Source of the DNA: Eubacteriales bacterium
Lineage (GTDB): Bacteria; Bacillota; Clostridia; Oscillospirales; CAG-272
Assembly: GCA_045627885.1 (NCBI GenBank)
Contig: JAZQOM010000061.1
Location: forward strand, 1 to 54,075
Direction: 5' to 3'
Length of the DNA stretch: 54,075 bases
A model generated the notes under the pieces. The model was not told where the DNA came from. It was given only the letters and a program-made list of their open reading frames with translations, and ran no database searches. How positions within the stretch are numbered: the first letter of the stretch is position 1; each line of letters opens with the position of its first letter. A program made the translations under genes and the position numbers. Positions 8,998 through 18,913 of the stretch are shown here, one piece after another.

Positions 8998-9750
8998 TTA
9001 CAGTTCTATTTCAATTCCAATCGGACAGTGGTCACTCCCGAATACATCGGGATAGATGCACGCGTCCTTAATCTTGTCCGCGATGCGTGACGACACAATA
9101 AAATAGTCGATGCGCCAGCCGACATTTTTAGCTCTTGCTCCGGCTCTGTACGACCACCAGGAGTAAGCCTTTACCTTGTCGGGATAAAGATATCTGAACG
9201 AATCTGTAAATCCCGCAGAAAGCAGCTCGGTCATTTTACCGCGTTCTTCGTATGAGAATCCGGCATTTCCGATGTTTGCCTTCGGATGCTCGAGGTCGAT
9301 TTCCTCGTGCGCGACATTGAGGTCGCCGCAGTAGATTACGGGTTTATTCGCATCGAGCTTTTTAAGATATCCACGCAAGTCGTCTTCAAATTCCATTCTG
9401 TAAGAAAGTCTTGCAAGCTCCGGCTGTGCATTCGGAACATAGCAGTTCACCATGTAAAATTTGTCGAATTCCGCAGTAATTACTCTGCCCTCGTCAGTAT
9501 GCTTTCCGTCGATGCCGAAGCAGATGGAAACGGGGGAGCGCTTTGTAAAGGTCAGCGTACCGGAATATCCTTTTTTCTCCGCGCTGTTCCATATCTGCTC
9601 ATAGCCGGCGGTAAAAAACTCCGCCTGCTCCTTTTGCATCTTTGTTTCCTGAACGCAGAAGATATCCGCGTCCGCTTTGTCAAAGAAATCGAAAAAGCCT
9701 TTTGAAGCGCAGGCACGAAGCCCGTTTACATTCCACGAAATTATCTTCAC
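8998..9750 (-). CDS. xth: Exodeoxyribonuclease III / AP endonuclease
   Basis: SWNVNGLRA, QETK, GDLNVAH, GWRIDY, GSDHCP. Confidence 0.95.
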   Translation of the reverse strand: MKIISWNVNGLRACASKGFFDFFDKADADIFCVQETKMQKEQAEFFTAGYEQIWNSAEKKGYSGTLTFTKRSPVSICFGIDGKHTDEGRVITAEFDKFYMVNCYVPNAQPELARLSYRMEFEDDLRGYLKKLDANKPVIYCGDLNVAHEEIDLEHPKANIGNAGFSYEERGKMTELLSAGFTDSFRYLYPDKVKAYSWWSYRAGARAKNVGWRIDYFIVSSRIADKIKDACIYPDVFGSDHCPIGIEIEL

Positions 9751-12113
9751 TTTGCAAATACTCCGTCTGCAATCTTAACCGCGCCTATCGCGTCCTTTGC
9801 ATAGAAATCCGCGCCCATTCTTTCGGCGTGCTCGGGAGAAAGCACTGCGCCGCCGACCATAACCTTTATGTCCGGAGCGGCTTCTTTAAGCGCTTTTACC
9901 GTATCCGCCATAGCGGGAACAGTCGTTGTCATAAGAGCGGAGAGCCCGACGAGCTTAACATTTTCTCTCACAGCCATTTCTGTAATCGCATCGGCGGCAA
10001 CATCCTTGCCCATGTCAATAACCTCATAGCCGTAGTTGGAGAGCAGAGCCTTAACGATATTTTTGCCCAAATCGTGAACATCGCCCTTTACGGTTGCGAT
10101 AATAATTTTGCCTTTTGAGCATTCTTTTGCTCCGCTTTGCTTCATGGCTTCTTTTATCTTAGAGAAAGCCGCATCGGAAGCGTCGGCAGCCGTCAAAAGC
10201 TCGGGTAAGAAAATTTTTCCGCTCTCAAAGCTTTCGCCCACCGTGTTGAGCGCGGGAACGATATCATCGTTAATTATCGCATCGGGAGCTTTCGATTCAA
10301 GCAGAGCCGTTGCAAGCTCCGCTGCTCTTTCGGCAAGACCTTTTTCTATCGCTTCCGAAAGAGTGTCCGCGGCTTTGCTGCAGCTTTCACCCGAGCAGTC
10401 CGCGATGTATCTTTCGCAGTTTTTGTCATATCCGAACAGCGCCATGTGCACAAGATATGCGCTTCTCACCTCTTGAGAGAGAGGATTCATAATGGCGGCG
10501 GAGAGTCCCATCGAAAGCGCTTCGGACAGGAATCCGGCAGTCACGGTATCTCTCTTTGGGAGACCGAAGCTTATGTTGGAAATACCGAGAACGGTGTTTG
10601 TGCCGAATTTTGCGCTTATTTCTTTCATCGCGCCGAGCGTTACCGCCGCGGCGTCTGCGCCTGATGCCGCGGACATCGTAAGCGTATCGAATACGATGTT
10701 CTTTTTTGCGATACCGCAGGCTTCCGCGACCTTGATTATTCTCGACGCAATTTTCACTCTGCCCTCAACGGTATCGGGAATTCCCTTTTCGTCCATAGTC
10801 AGGGCGACGAGAACGCCGCCGTATTTTTTAACAAGCGGCAGAACGCCGAGGAGTGACTCCTTTGAGCCGTTAACCGAGTTCACCATCGGCAGTCCGTTGT
10901 AGGAGCGGAGCGCCGCTTCCATGGCGCCCATATCGGCGGTGTCAATCTGGAGAGGGAGCCTGCAAGCCGTCTGAACGGCATCAATGGTGTTTTTAAGAAC
11001 GAGCTTTTCGTCGATATCCGGAATACCGACATTTACATCGAGAATATCCGCGCCCGCCGTTTCCTCGGCAAGAGCCTCATCTACTACAAATCCGGTATCG
11101 CCGACTCTCAGAGCCGCTTTCAGCTTTGCTTTTCCGGTGGGATTTATGCGTTCGCCTATCATAACGGGCTTTTTGCCGATAACCGCAATTTTGTTATACG
11201 ATGTGACGGCGCAGATTCCCTTGTCCGTAAGCTTTGTCGGTGCCGTGTGAGCGCACGAGCCGTAAGCCGAAGAAATATGGTCGGGAGTTGTGCCGCAACA
11301 GCCGCCGATAATCTGTGCGCCTGCGGCGATGATGTCAGCCATAGCATAGCCGTATTCGGTCGGCGTCATGCTGTACTTTGTCGCGCCCGATTCGTCCGTT
11401 TCGGGAAGTCCGGCGTTGGGATTTGCGATAAGCGGAACCGAAGTGCAGGCGGCAAGGCGCGAAACAAGAGCCTTTGCCTTTTCGGGGCCGCAACCGCAGT
11501 TTATACCTATTGCGGCGGCGCCCATTCCCTCGGCGAATGCCGCAAAGCATTCGGGACTTGCGCCGCACAGCAGCTTTTCGTTTTCGTCAAAGGTGCAGGT
11601 AATGAATATCGGCTTGTTGCAGCATTCCTTTGCCGCAATAACCGCCGCCTTGATTTCTCTCAAATCGCTCATCGTCTCAATGAGAATCAAATCCGCATCG
11701 TCACAGCCTGCCGATATCGTCTCCTTGAAGCAATCTATTGCTTCTTCGTAGTCAAGCTCCCCGAAGGGCTTTATTATTTTGCCCAAAGGGCCGATGTCAA
11801 GCGCGATATAGCCCTTCTTTCCGGATTCGTCAATAGCCTGCTTTGCAACGCCGACTGCCGCTTTCACGACATCGGCGATGGGATATCCTATTGCTTCGGC
11901 CTTAAATCTGTTTGCGGAAAAGGTATTGGTTTTGATGATGTCCGCGCCTGCGCGCAGATAGCTTTTGTGCAGTCTCAAAACGGTGTTCGGACGCTCGATG
12001 TTAAACGCTTCGCCGAGCTTTCCGACGGGAAGTCCGTATTTCTGGAGCATAGTGCCGGTAGCGCCGTCAAAAAACAGTGGGCGCGCATTCAGAATTGCGA
12101 AATCCATATTCAT
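9747..12113 (-). CDS. metH: Cobalamin-dependent methionine synthase (Hcy-, folate- and B12-binding domains; no C-terminal reactivation domain)
   Basis: DGATGT, GINC, GGCCGTTP, IGERINPTG, and the B12 motif GDVHDLGKNIV...SALMTTT. Confidence 0.9.
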   Translation of the reverse strand: MNMDFAILNARPLFFDGATGTMLQKYGLPVGKLGEAFNIERPNTVLRLHKSYLRAGADIIKTNTFSANRFKAEAIGYPIADVVKAAVGVAKQAIDESGKKGYIALDIGPLGKIIKPFGELDYEEAIDCFKETISAGCDDADLILIETMSDLREIKAAVIAAKECCNKPIFITCTFDENEKLLCGASPECFAAFAEGMGAAAIGINCGCGPEKAKALVSRLAACTSVPLIANPNAGLPETDESGATKYSMTPTEYGYAMADIIAAGAQIIGGCCGTTPDHISSAYGSCAHTAPTKLTDKGICAVTSYNKIAVIGKKPVMIGERINPTGKAKLKAALRVGDTGFVVDEALAEETAGADILDVNVGIPDIDEKLVLKNTIDAVQTACRLPLQIDTADMGAMEAALRSYNGLPMVNSVNGSKESLLGVLPLVKKYGGVLVALTMDEKGIPDTVEGRVKIASRIIKVAEACGIAKKNIVFDTLTMSAASGADAAAVTLGAMKEISAKFGTNTVLGISNISFGLPKRDTVTAGFLSEALSMGLSAAIMNPLSQEVRSAYLVHMALFGYDKNCERYIADCSGESCSKAADTLSEAIEKGLAERAAELATALLESKAPDAIINDDIVPALNTVGESFESGKIFLPELLTAADASDAAFSKIKEAMKQSGAKECSKGKIIIATVKGDVHDLGKNIVKALLSNYGYEVIDMGKDVAADAITEMAVRENVKLVGLSALMTTTVPAMADTVKALKEAAPDIKVMVGGAVLSPEHAERMGADFYAKDAIGAVKIADGVFAK

Positions 12114-12119
12114 ACCACC

Positions 12120-12980
12120 TTATCTTTCAAGTATTCCGGAGAGATTTTTAACTATATATTCGGCAGTTGAGGGCTTGTTCATCGTGTATACATGAATAGC
12201 CTTTACGCCGTTTGCGACGAGGTCGGAAATTTGAGAGCAGGCATAGATAAGTCCCGCTTCTCTCATGCTGTCGGGATTTGACGCATACTTGTCGATAATC
12301 ACCTTAAGCTTCGGAGGGAGCTGACAGCCGGACATGGCACAGCTTCTCTCGACCTGCTTTGCGTTGAGGATGGGCATTATACCGGCTACGACGGGAGTGT
12401 TAATGCCCGCCTTGAGGGCTCTGTATAAGAAGCCGTAGAGCACATCGTTGTCAAAGAACATCTGCGTTGTAAGAAAATCGCATCCGCATTCGACCTTGCG
12501 CTTCAGGTTGTCCATATCGGCTTCTCTGCTCGAAGCCTCGGGATGCCCTTCGGGATAGCACGCCGCGCCTATGCAGAGCGACGGATTTTTGTTTTTCAAG
12601 TAGGATATAAGCTCGTTTGCGTGGGAGAAAGCGCGTTCTTCGGCTTCCGGCAGAATATCGCCGCGGAGCGCAAGCACATTTTCTATTCCGTATTCGGAAA
12701 GAGAGTCAAGCACGCGGTCGATGTGAGCGACCGAGGAATTGACGCAGGTAAGATGCGCTATTGAGGGAATACCGCATTCGGAAAGCAGCTTTGCCACTTT
12801 TGCGGTATATTCGGATGTGCCGCCGCCGGCTCCGTAAGTCACACTCATAAAATCGGGGCGGAGCTTTGCAAGCTCCCTGCAAGCATTTGCCACAGAGTCG
12901 AATTTTGAGCTTTCCTTGGGAGGGAAGACCTCAAACGATAAGGTAACTCCGTTTCCCTTAAGCATTTCCGTAATTTTCAT
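12120..12980 (-). CDS. metF: 5,10-methylenetetrahydrofolate reductase
   Basis: SFEVFPPK, SVTYGAGG, AHLTC, LALRGD, YPEGHPE, TQMFFD. Confidence 0.95.
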   Translation of the reverse strand: MKITEMLKGNGVTLSFEVFPPKESSKFDSVANACRELAKLRPDFMSVTYGAGGGTSEYTAKVAKLLSECGIPSIAHLTCVNSSVAHIDRVLDSLSEYGIENVLALRGDILPEAEERAFSHANELISYLKNKNPSLCIGAACYPEGHPEASSREADMDNLKRKVECGCDFLTTQMFFDNDVLYGFLYRALKAGINTPVVAGIMPILNAKQVERSCAMSGCQLPPKLKVIIDKYASNPDSMREAGLIYACSQISDLVANGVKAIHVYTMNKPSTAEYIVKNLSGILER

Positions 12981-13078
12981 AAGTCGTACCTCTTTTTAAG
13001 TAATGCGGAATCCGATTTTTTCGTTTCCGCCGAAATAAGCAGATGCAGATAAACTTAAAGACTATAATATTACATAAT

Positions 13079-13107
13079 ATTCTATCACAATATAAAACCG
13101 TTTGCAA
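13079..13107 (-). promoter_or_regulatory. SigA promoter of metF-metH-xth
   Basis: Minus strand TTGCAA-N17-TAGAAT with an extended TG. Confidence 0.6.
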
Positions 13108-13137
13108 TATTTATTCTCCCATATTATACTAAAATTC

Positions 13138-13169
13138 TTGACAAAACGCGTATAATGTGCGTATAATGT
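13138..13169 (+). promoter_or_regulatory. SigA promoter of lysC containing an 11-bp tandem duplication
   Basis: TTGACA-N18-TATAAT; GCGTATAATGT occurs twice at 13148-13169. Confidence 0.7.
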
Positions 13170-13196
13170 ACTGAATTTATATGTTTCGGAGGAATT

Positions 13197-14531
13197 ATGT
13201 CATTCGTCAAGATTGCAAAATTCGGCGGAAGCTCACTTGCCGATGCCGCACAGTTCAGAAAAGTAATAGATATCATAGAGCGTGACAGCTCGATAAAATA
13301 TGTTGTTCCGTCTGCCCCGGGCAAGAGATTTTCGGGCGATATAAAAGTGACCGATATGCTTTTGGATTGCTACGAAAAAGTCCTTGCCAAAGAGGATTTT
13401 ACCGACGCGCTCGACAAAATCAAGGCAAGATATGATTCGATAATAAAAGAGCTTGGCATTGATGTATCACTCGACGAAGAGTTTGAGCGCATCTGCTACG
13501 CCCTCAAGTCAATGGCGGGCAGAGACTATATCGCAAGCCGCGGCGAATATCTTTGCGGCATAGTGCTTGCGAAATGCCTCGGCTTTGAGTTTGTTGACGC
13601 GGCTTCCGTGGTAAGATTCAAGGACGACGGCAGCCTCGATTCCGAGCTCACTAACAGACTTGTCGCAAAAACGCTTGCAAAGAGCGGCAACGCCGTCATT
13701 CCCGGATTTTACGGTTCTATGCCCAACGATACCATAAAAACATTTTCGAGAGGCGGAAGCGATATCACGGGCTCCATCGTCGCAAGAGCGGTCAACGCAT
13801 CGCTTTACGAGAATTGGACTGATGTTTCCGGCTTTATGGCAGCCGACCCGCGCATAGTCGAAAATCCCAAGTCGATATCCGTCATAACATACAGAGAGCT
13901 TCGCGAGCTTTCGTATATGGGCGCGACCGTGCTCCATGAGGACAGTATTTTCCCCGTAAGCAGAGCGGGCATTCCGATAAACATAAGAAATACCAACTGC
14001 CCCGACGATAAGGGCACAATGATAGTCGAGCGCATTGACGAAAACAAAGATAACGATATGATAATCACCGGAATTGCCGGAAGAAAGAATTTTGCCGTCG
14101 TCAACATAGAAAAAGAGCGTATGCACTTCGACCTTGCATTTATGGCGAGAACCTTCGAGCTTTTCAAGCGCTACGGAATATCCATAGAGCATGTTCCGAC
14201 GGGCATCGATACCATGAGCATCATCGTCGAGGAAAATGAAAGATATATTTCGAACGAAAAGGCGCTTATCTGCGAAATAGGCGATAAGCTTTCTCCCGAC
14301 CTTGTCACGGTCGAGCACGATATAGCACTCATAGCCGTTGTCGGCAGAGGCATGAAGAGCAAGCCCGGAACTGCGGCAAAGGTATTCAGCGCCGCCGCCA
14401 AAGCCGGCATCAGTATAAGAATGATAGACCAGGGAAGCAGTGAGCTCAACATCATCATAGGCGTTGACGGAAAGAACTTTGAAACCGCGATAAAGTCTAT
14501 TTACGACGAATTCGCAGAAGCGGCAAAATGA
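13197..14531 (+). CDS. lysC: Aspartate kinase (two ACT domains)
   Basis: KFGGSSLA, VPSAPG, TFSRGGSD, WTDVSG, ADPRIV. Confidence 0.92.
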   Translation: MSFVKIAKFGGSSLADAAQFRKVIDIIERDSSIKYVVPSAPGKRFSGDIKVTDMLLDCYEKVLAKEDFTDALDKIKARYDSIIKELGIDVSLDEEFERICYALKSMAGRDYIASRGEYLCGIVLAKCLGFEFVDAASVVRFKDDGSLDSELTNRLVAKTLAKSGNAVIPGFYGSMPNDTIKTFSRGGSDITGSIVARAVNASLYENWTDVSGFMAADPRIVENPKSISVITYRELRELSYMGATVLHEDSIFPVSRAGIPINIRNTNCPDDKGTMIVERIDENKDNDMIITGIAGRKNFAVVNIEKERMHFDLAFMARTFELFKRYGISIEHVPTGIDTMSIIVEENERYISNEKALICEIGDKLSPDLVTVEHDIALIAVVGRGMKSKPGTAAKVFSAAAKAGISIRMIDQGSSELNIIIGVDGKNFETAIKSIYDEFAEAAK

Positions 14532-15292
14532 CGGTAAATAAGCCATTGGTAAAGCTCTATGAGCGCGACGGCTTTGAACTTCCGACCGACGAGCTTTTGT
14601 ACGGCTGGAATGTAAGACCGCTTTCCGTGACGGATAAATATGCTTATATAGGTACGCCGATGAATTATTCGGGATACGCCTATATTAAGGATTTCACGGG
14701 CAAGACATACGAAGCCGACAGTATAGTCACGGCGGCGTGCACCGGAGCATACGCGAAGCCGACTTTTAAGGATAGCGAGCTTTTTGTTCTGTTTATGGGA
14801 AGCAGACTGAAACTCACCGGTAACACAGACGGCATATTTTCGGAGGTCGAGGGCGTAGACGGAGAGCGTTTTTTCGTACATACGGGCTCGATAGAGAGAA
14901 TAAAAGAGGAGTTTGACGCGGCAAAGCTCGTAAAAACCGCCAAAAAGCTGCTCGGAGCGCCGTATAAATGGGGCGGCAAGACCGTTCTCGGAATAGATTG
15001 CTCCGGCTTTGTCGCAATGTGCTACTATATGTGCGGAATAGAGATATACAGAGACTCCGACCCCGATAAGACACCTTGCTTTATAAAAGTCGGACTTTCG
15101 GAGCTTATGCCCGGAGATGCCGTGTACCTCAAAGGTCATGTCGGTATGTACGCGGGCGGCGGAAGGATAGTCCACGCGTCGTGGACACAGGGCAGAGTTG
15201 TCCATTCTTCTGTCGAAGAATTCATCTCTTCGGGCGATTTCGTATGCGCTTGCAGATACGCAAATCGGCAAGAATATACATACAATGCATAA
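14528..15292 (+). CDS. NlpC/P60 (C40) peptidoglycan peptidase, YkfC-like
   Basis: LGAPYKWGG..GIDCSG...GHVGMY..IVHAS; ATGA overlap with lysC. Confidence 0.85.
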   Translation: MTVNKPLVKLYERDGFELPTDELLYGWNVRPLSVTDKYAYIGTPMNYSGYAYIKDFTGKTYEADSIVTAACTGAYAKPTFKDSELFVLFMGSRLKLTGNTDGIFSEVEGVDGERFFVHTGSIERIKEEFDAAKLVKTAKKLLGAPYKWGGKTVLGIDCSGFVAMCYYMCGIEIYRDSDPDKTPCFIKVGLSELMPGDAVYLKGHVGMYAGGGRIVHASWTQGRVVHSSVEEFISSGDFVCACRYANRQEYTYNA

Positions 15293-15310
15293 ATGAAAAA
15301 AGCGCGGGTA

Positions 15311-15340
15311 TTGACACATTTGGGTAAAATGTGATATAAT
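15311..15340 (+). promoter_or_regulatory. SigA promoter
   Basis: TTGACA-N18-TATAAT with an extended TG. Confidence 0.7.
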
Positions 15341-15382
15341 ACTCACGCTTTAACTGTATATTTTGGCGAAAGGAGGTATGTT

Positions 15383-16840
15383 ATGGGCGCCGGAAAATAC
15401 GCATCAAAAAAGCAGAAAGAAAAATTCATAAAAGTATTTTCATACATTTTTCCTGCGGCGGCGGCGGTCATAGCGGCTCTTTTCATCACACTCACATCAC
15501 TTGGCGGAGTAAGCTTTGAGGTGTTTGCGGACGGTAAAGCGGTCGGATATGTCGGCGATATCGCGGAGTATGAAAAAGTAAAGTCAAAGCTCGAAAAGGA
15601 TATGTCCGATATACTCGAGGTATCGTATAAGTATTCACCGAAAGAAGAACTAAAGCCCCGATACGGCGCGATACATAAAATGCTCACCGAGGACGAGCTT
15701 TATGACAGACTTTATAAAGCCTGCGGCAGAGAGATTGCGGAGGCATACGCACTCGAGATAGACGGCACGCTTGTTGCCGCCAATGCCGAAAAAACGGTTA
15801 TAAACACCGCGCTCAAACGCGTATGCTCAATTATGTCAAAAAAATACGGATGCGAAGTCGAGATAGCGAACAGTGTAAGCATAATAAAGCGTCCCGTATC
15901 AAGCAGACTGCTCATGGACGAGAGCGCGATAGTCACCACCCTGTGCGGCAAGGATGCGCTTATCGAAGGGGATGTCGGCTCTGCGACAACCGCCACGGAG
16001 ATTGCCAATGTAAAAAAGATTCTCGGCAAGAGAATATATGTAAATCAAACGGACGCAACGCTCGAAAACACATATTATATTCCGGCGGATTTTTCCGATG
16101 ATATCACGGCATCGCTTGTGTATAAGTCCACCGTTATAGAGAATTACACCGAAAAAATCCCGTATAAGACGATATACGAAAAAAGCAAGAAGTATTATGA
16201 CGGAATGACTTATGTCTCCGTTGAAGGCGTTCTCGGAGAGCGGAATGTCACCGCCAAAGTCAGCTATATAAACGGCGAAGAGGTATCAAGAGAAGTCATC
16301 GCCTATAAAAACATATCCGAGCCCGTCGATAAAATAGTCCTTGAGGGAACAAAAAAGAAGCCGCCGACGGCTCCCACGGGAACATTTATATTGCCTCTCG
16401 AGAACACATCACTCAACTGCGCCTATGGCTGGAGAAATATATTCGGCTCCAATAGCTTCCATTACGGATTAGACCTCAGAGCAGACCTCGGAACGACCGT
16501 GTACGCTTCGGACGGCGGAGTTGTCGTTGCGGCGGATATGAGCGGCACATACGGCTATATGGTCAAGATAAGCCACGGCGACAAATACGAGTCGCTGTAT
16601 GCACACCTGTCGTCGATACTTGTCGAAGTCGGCGACGAGGTGTATCAGGGACAACCTATCGCCCTCTCGGGAGAAAGCGGCAGAACCACCGGCCCGCACC
16701 TTCATTATGAAATATACGAATTCGGAGAGAGAAAGAATCCGGCACTGTTCTTAAAGAATGTAAAGCCGAGCTCAATACTCAAGCTCTCACAGGAGAAGAT
16801 GAAAAAACTGCTTTCCGATTCGGATTACTTCACAAAATAA
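15383..16840 (+). CDS. M23-family peptidoglycan endopeptidase with G5 domain and N-terminal TM
   Basis: HYGLD, YAHL and STGPHLH-like TTGPHLHYE motifs; G5 segment EKIPYKTIYE...EPVDKIVLEGT. Confidence 0.9.
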   Translation: MGAGKYASKKQKEKFIKVFSYIFPAAAAVIAALFITLTSLGGVSFEVFADGKAVGYVGDIAEYEKVKSKLEKDMSDILEVSYKYSPKEELKPRYGAIHKMLTEDELYDRLYKACGREIAEAYALEIDGTLVAANAEKTVINTALKRVCSIMSKKYGCEVEIANSVSIIKRPVSSRLLMDESAIVTTLCGKDALIEGDVGSATTATEIANVKKILGKRIYVNQTDATLENTYYIPADFSDDITASLVYKSTVIENYTEKIPYKTIYEKSKKYYDGMTYVSVEGVLGERNVTAKVSYINGEEVSREVIAYKNISEPVDKIVLEGTKKKPPTAPTGTFILPLENTSLNCAYGWRNIFGSNSFHYGLDLRADLGTTVYASDGGVVVAADMSGTYGYMVKISHGDKYESLYAHLSSILVEVGDEVYQGQPIALSGESGRTTGPHLHYEIYEFGERKNPALFLKNVKPSSILKLSQEKMKKLLSDSDYFTK

Positions 16841-16860
16841 AAAATTACCGCAAAAAAACG

Positions 16861-16891
16861 AAAACAGGCTGATTTTTCAGCCTGTTTTTTT
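16861..16891. terminator. Bidirectional terminator
   Basis: AAAACAGGCTGA-N4-TCAGCCTGTTTTTTT. Confidence 0.8.
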
Positions 16892-16895
16892 GCGT

Positions 16896-17840
16896 TTATT
16901 CTTTCATCAGCTTTTGCATACGGATATCTTTTCCCGAAAACCAAAGTACCGTAAACTGCCCGAAAAGCCGCGATATGATTCTGTCGTCGTATTTTGCGTG
17001 CAGGTCGGCGGGGGAGAGATTTGTGTTGATGATAGTGGATTTTTGTGCATTCATTCTTGCGTTGAGAATTCCGTAGAGAGTGCTTTCGTTCATATTGCTT
17101 TTGAATTCCGAGCCCAAGTCGTCAATTATCAGCAAATCACATTCAGAATACTTTGCCGTGTCCGATTCGTCTTTCTCAAATCTGTTTTTCTCAAAAGCCG
17201 AAAAAACGCTCTGCGCCGTGTCGTACACCACAGAAAAGCCGCGGTCGAGCACTTTCATCGCAATAGCGGACGAAAGATGAGTTTTTCCGAGCCCCGTTCC
17301 GCCAATGAACAGAAGACTGTCGCTGTCGCGTGAAAAGCCGGAAGCGTATTCCCGGCACAGCTCAAATACGCTTTTCATATCATCGCGCACATCGGCGGGA
17401 TAGAGAGAGAGGTCAAAATTCTCAAAGCGCTGACGCACGAGAGTTTTTCCGAGCCCGGAGGTAAGATAGTTTTCCGTCCTGAGAGCTTTAATAAAGCAGT
17501 CGCAGACATTTACTCCGACAAGACCGGTATCCTCGCACTTTTCGCACTCGAACCTCGGCTTTGTGTAGTCTTCGGGAAGTCCCTCGGCGGCAAGAGCGGC
17601 GGCTCTTTCCTTTCGCCTTTCTTTCATCTCGGCTTTGATTTTCATTATTTCCTCGGAGCCGTCCGTTCCGATATCCTGCATAACGCGCAAAAGCCTTACG
17701 CCGAGCAGCATAATTTCGTCGTCGGCTTTTGCAAAGGCGGGACTCTTTTTGCGCAGGTCGTTTTTTCTTTTTTCCGCGTCGGCTATGGCGGCATCGCGCT
17801 TTTTGTCGAACTTGTCCCTTACTGCCTGATAGTTACTCAT
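16896..17840 (-). CDS. DnaC/DnaI-like helicase loader ATPase
   Basis: CEKCEDTG...CDC Zn motif, Walker A GGTGLGKT, Walker B LLIIDDLG, RIISRL. Confidence 0.85.
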   Translation of the reverse strand: MSNYQAVRDKFDKKRDAAIADAEKRKNDLRKKSPAFAKADDEIMLLGVRLLRVMQDIGTDGSEEIMKIKAEMKERRKERAAALAAEGLPEDYTKPRFECEKCEDTGLVGVNVCDCFIKALRTENYLTSGLGKTLVRQRFENFDLSLYPADVRDDMKSVFELCREYASGFSRDSDSLLFIGGTGLGKTHLSSAIAMKVLDRGFSVVYDTAQSVFSAFEKNRFEKDESDTAKYSECDLLIIDDLGSEFKSNMNESTLYGILNARMNAQKSTIINTNLSPADLHAKYDDRIISRLFGQFTVLWFSGKDIRMQKLMKE

Positions 17841-18768
17841 CTTTTTTTCCTTTCTTCTTCGTTCCGCTCTTTATCGCGGCGGAGAGAAAATCGTCAAACT
17901 CAAAGCTCTTCTGCGAAAAAGCTCCCTCGGAGCTTTCGGATTTGCGCATCGACTCATTTTGCGCTTCCCCGACGGTTTTAATTCCCTTTTCGCTCCAGTT
18001 GTCGAGAATTTTCGCAAGATATCCGAGCTTTACCTCACCGATGTTTTTTATCATCTGCCCGTAAGCACATTCCACAAGCTCAAACGGAGTCTGTTCAAAT
18101 TTCGCAAAATGCTTTTTTTCCGATGCCGTAAGCGCCCTTTCGCCAAAGCCGAAGAGCTTGCGAAGCCTGTATTCCGACATACCCCTCTTTTCGGCATCCG
18201 CTATGTAAAGCTCGAGCTTTTCGTAGTTGTCGATGCCCTCATCGTGCAGGGATATGGCGGTTTTTTCTATGTATCTGACATTCTTTTTTCCGTGGTCACA
18301 GCAGTAAGAGGTCAAAAGCAAAATATATTCGGGCGAAAGACCGAGCCAATCATACAGACATCCCACATAGACCTCTGTGTCGTGAGCGGTAAAGGTTTTG
18401 CAAAGAAGCCTTTGACATTCGTCCATAATTCCCGCAAGTCCCTTGCCGTTTGTGAGAATTTCCGCAAGCTGAGCTCCGCTGTAATCGGGAGCATCGCCCG
18501 TCTTGCGCGAATATGTTTTTTCCGCTTTTACGGGACTGCCCGCAGAAGAAAGCGCGCCTCTCCAAAAAGCGTTGGCGGCTTCGGCGTCGTTTTTCGATAT
18601 ACCGAGCGCGGCGGCGGCGTCGGAGAGCCCCGCATCTCTGTTTGCGCAGAAGAAAAGGGCAAGCTTTATCTCCGTTTCGCTTGCATTATTCAGATTTTCC
18701 GCCACCTGATACGGCACGGAAAAATATCTTCCCGCTTCGGAAAAAGCGTTTCTTTTTATATCCGCCAA
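17833..18768 (-). CDS. dnaD: DnaD/DnaB-domain replication protein
   Basis: Two DnaB_2-like domains (YIEKTAISLHDEGI; YLAKILDNWSEKGIKT); overlaps the loader gene. Confidence 0.82.
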   Translation of the reverse strand: MADIKRNAFSEAGRYFSVPYQVAENLNNASETEIKLALFFCANRDAGLSDAAAALGISKNDAEAANAFWRGALSSAGSPVKAEKTYSRKTGDAPDYSGAQLAEILTNGKGLAGIMDECQRLLCKTFTAHDTEVYVGCLYDWLGLSPEYILLLTSYCCDHGKKNVRYIEKTAISLHDEGIDNYEKLELYIADAEKRGMSEYRLRKLFGFGERALTASEKKHFAKFEQTPFELVECAYGQMIKNIGEVKLGYLAKILDNWSEKGIKTVGEAQNESMRKSESSEGAFSQKSFEFDDFLSAAIKSGTKKKGKKDE

Positions 18769-18913
18769 GCTCTCACTTTCTTTCTTCGGAAATTATCACA
18801 TCATAATTCTATCATAAAATCCCGCCCGATACAACAGTATTTTTATTATTCGGAATAATCTTCTTTTCAAGTAGCAAAAATAAGCATACAAGAAAAAAGA
18901 ACGGAGTGATTTT

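Noticed and set aside
11247-12170. 307-aa + strand ORF opposite metH
   Set aside because: Antisense shadow with no RBS or recognisable motif.
13509-14546. 345-aa minus-strand ORF opposite lysC
   Set aside because: Antisense shadow of a conserved gene.
16896-18768. IstB-like ATPase plus replication protein as an IS21 or prophage module
   Set aside because: No IstA transposase, terminal repeats or phage genes; a dnaD-loader pair is the normal clostridial chromosomal arrangement.
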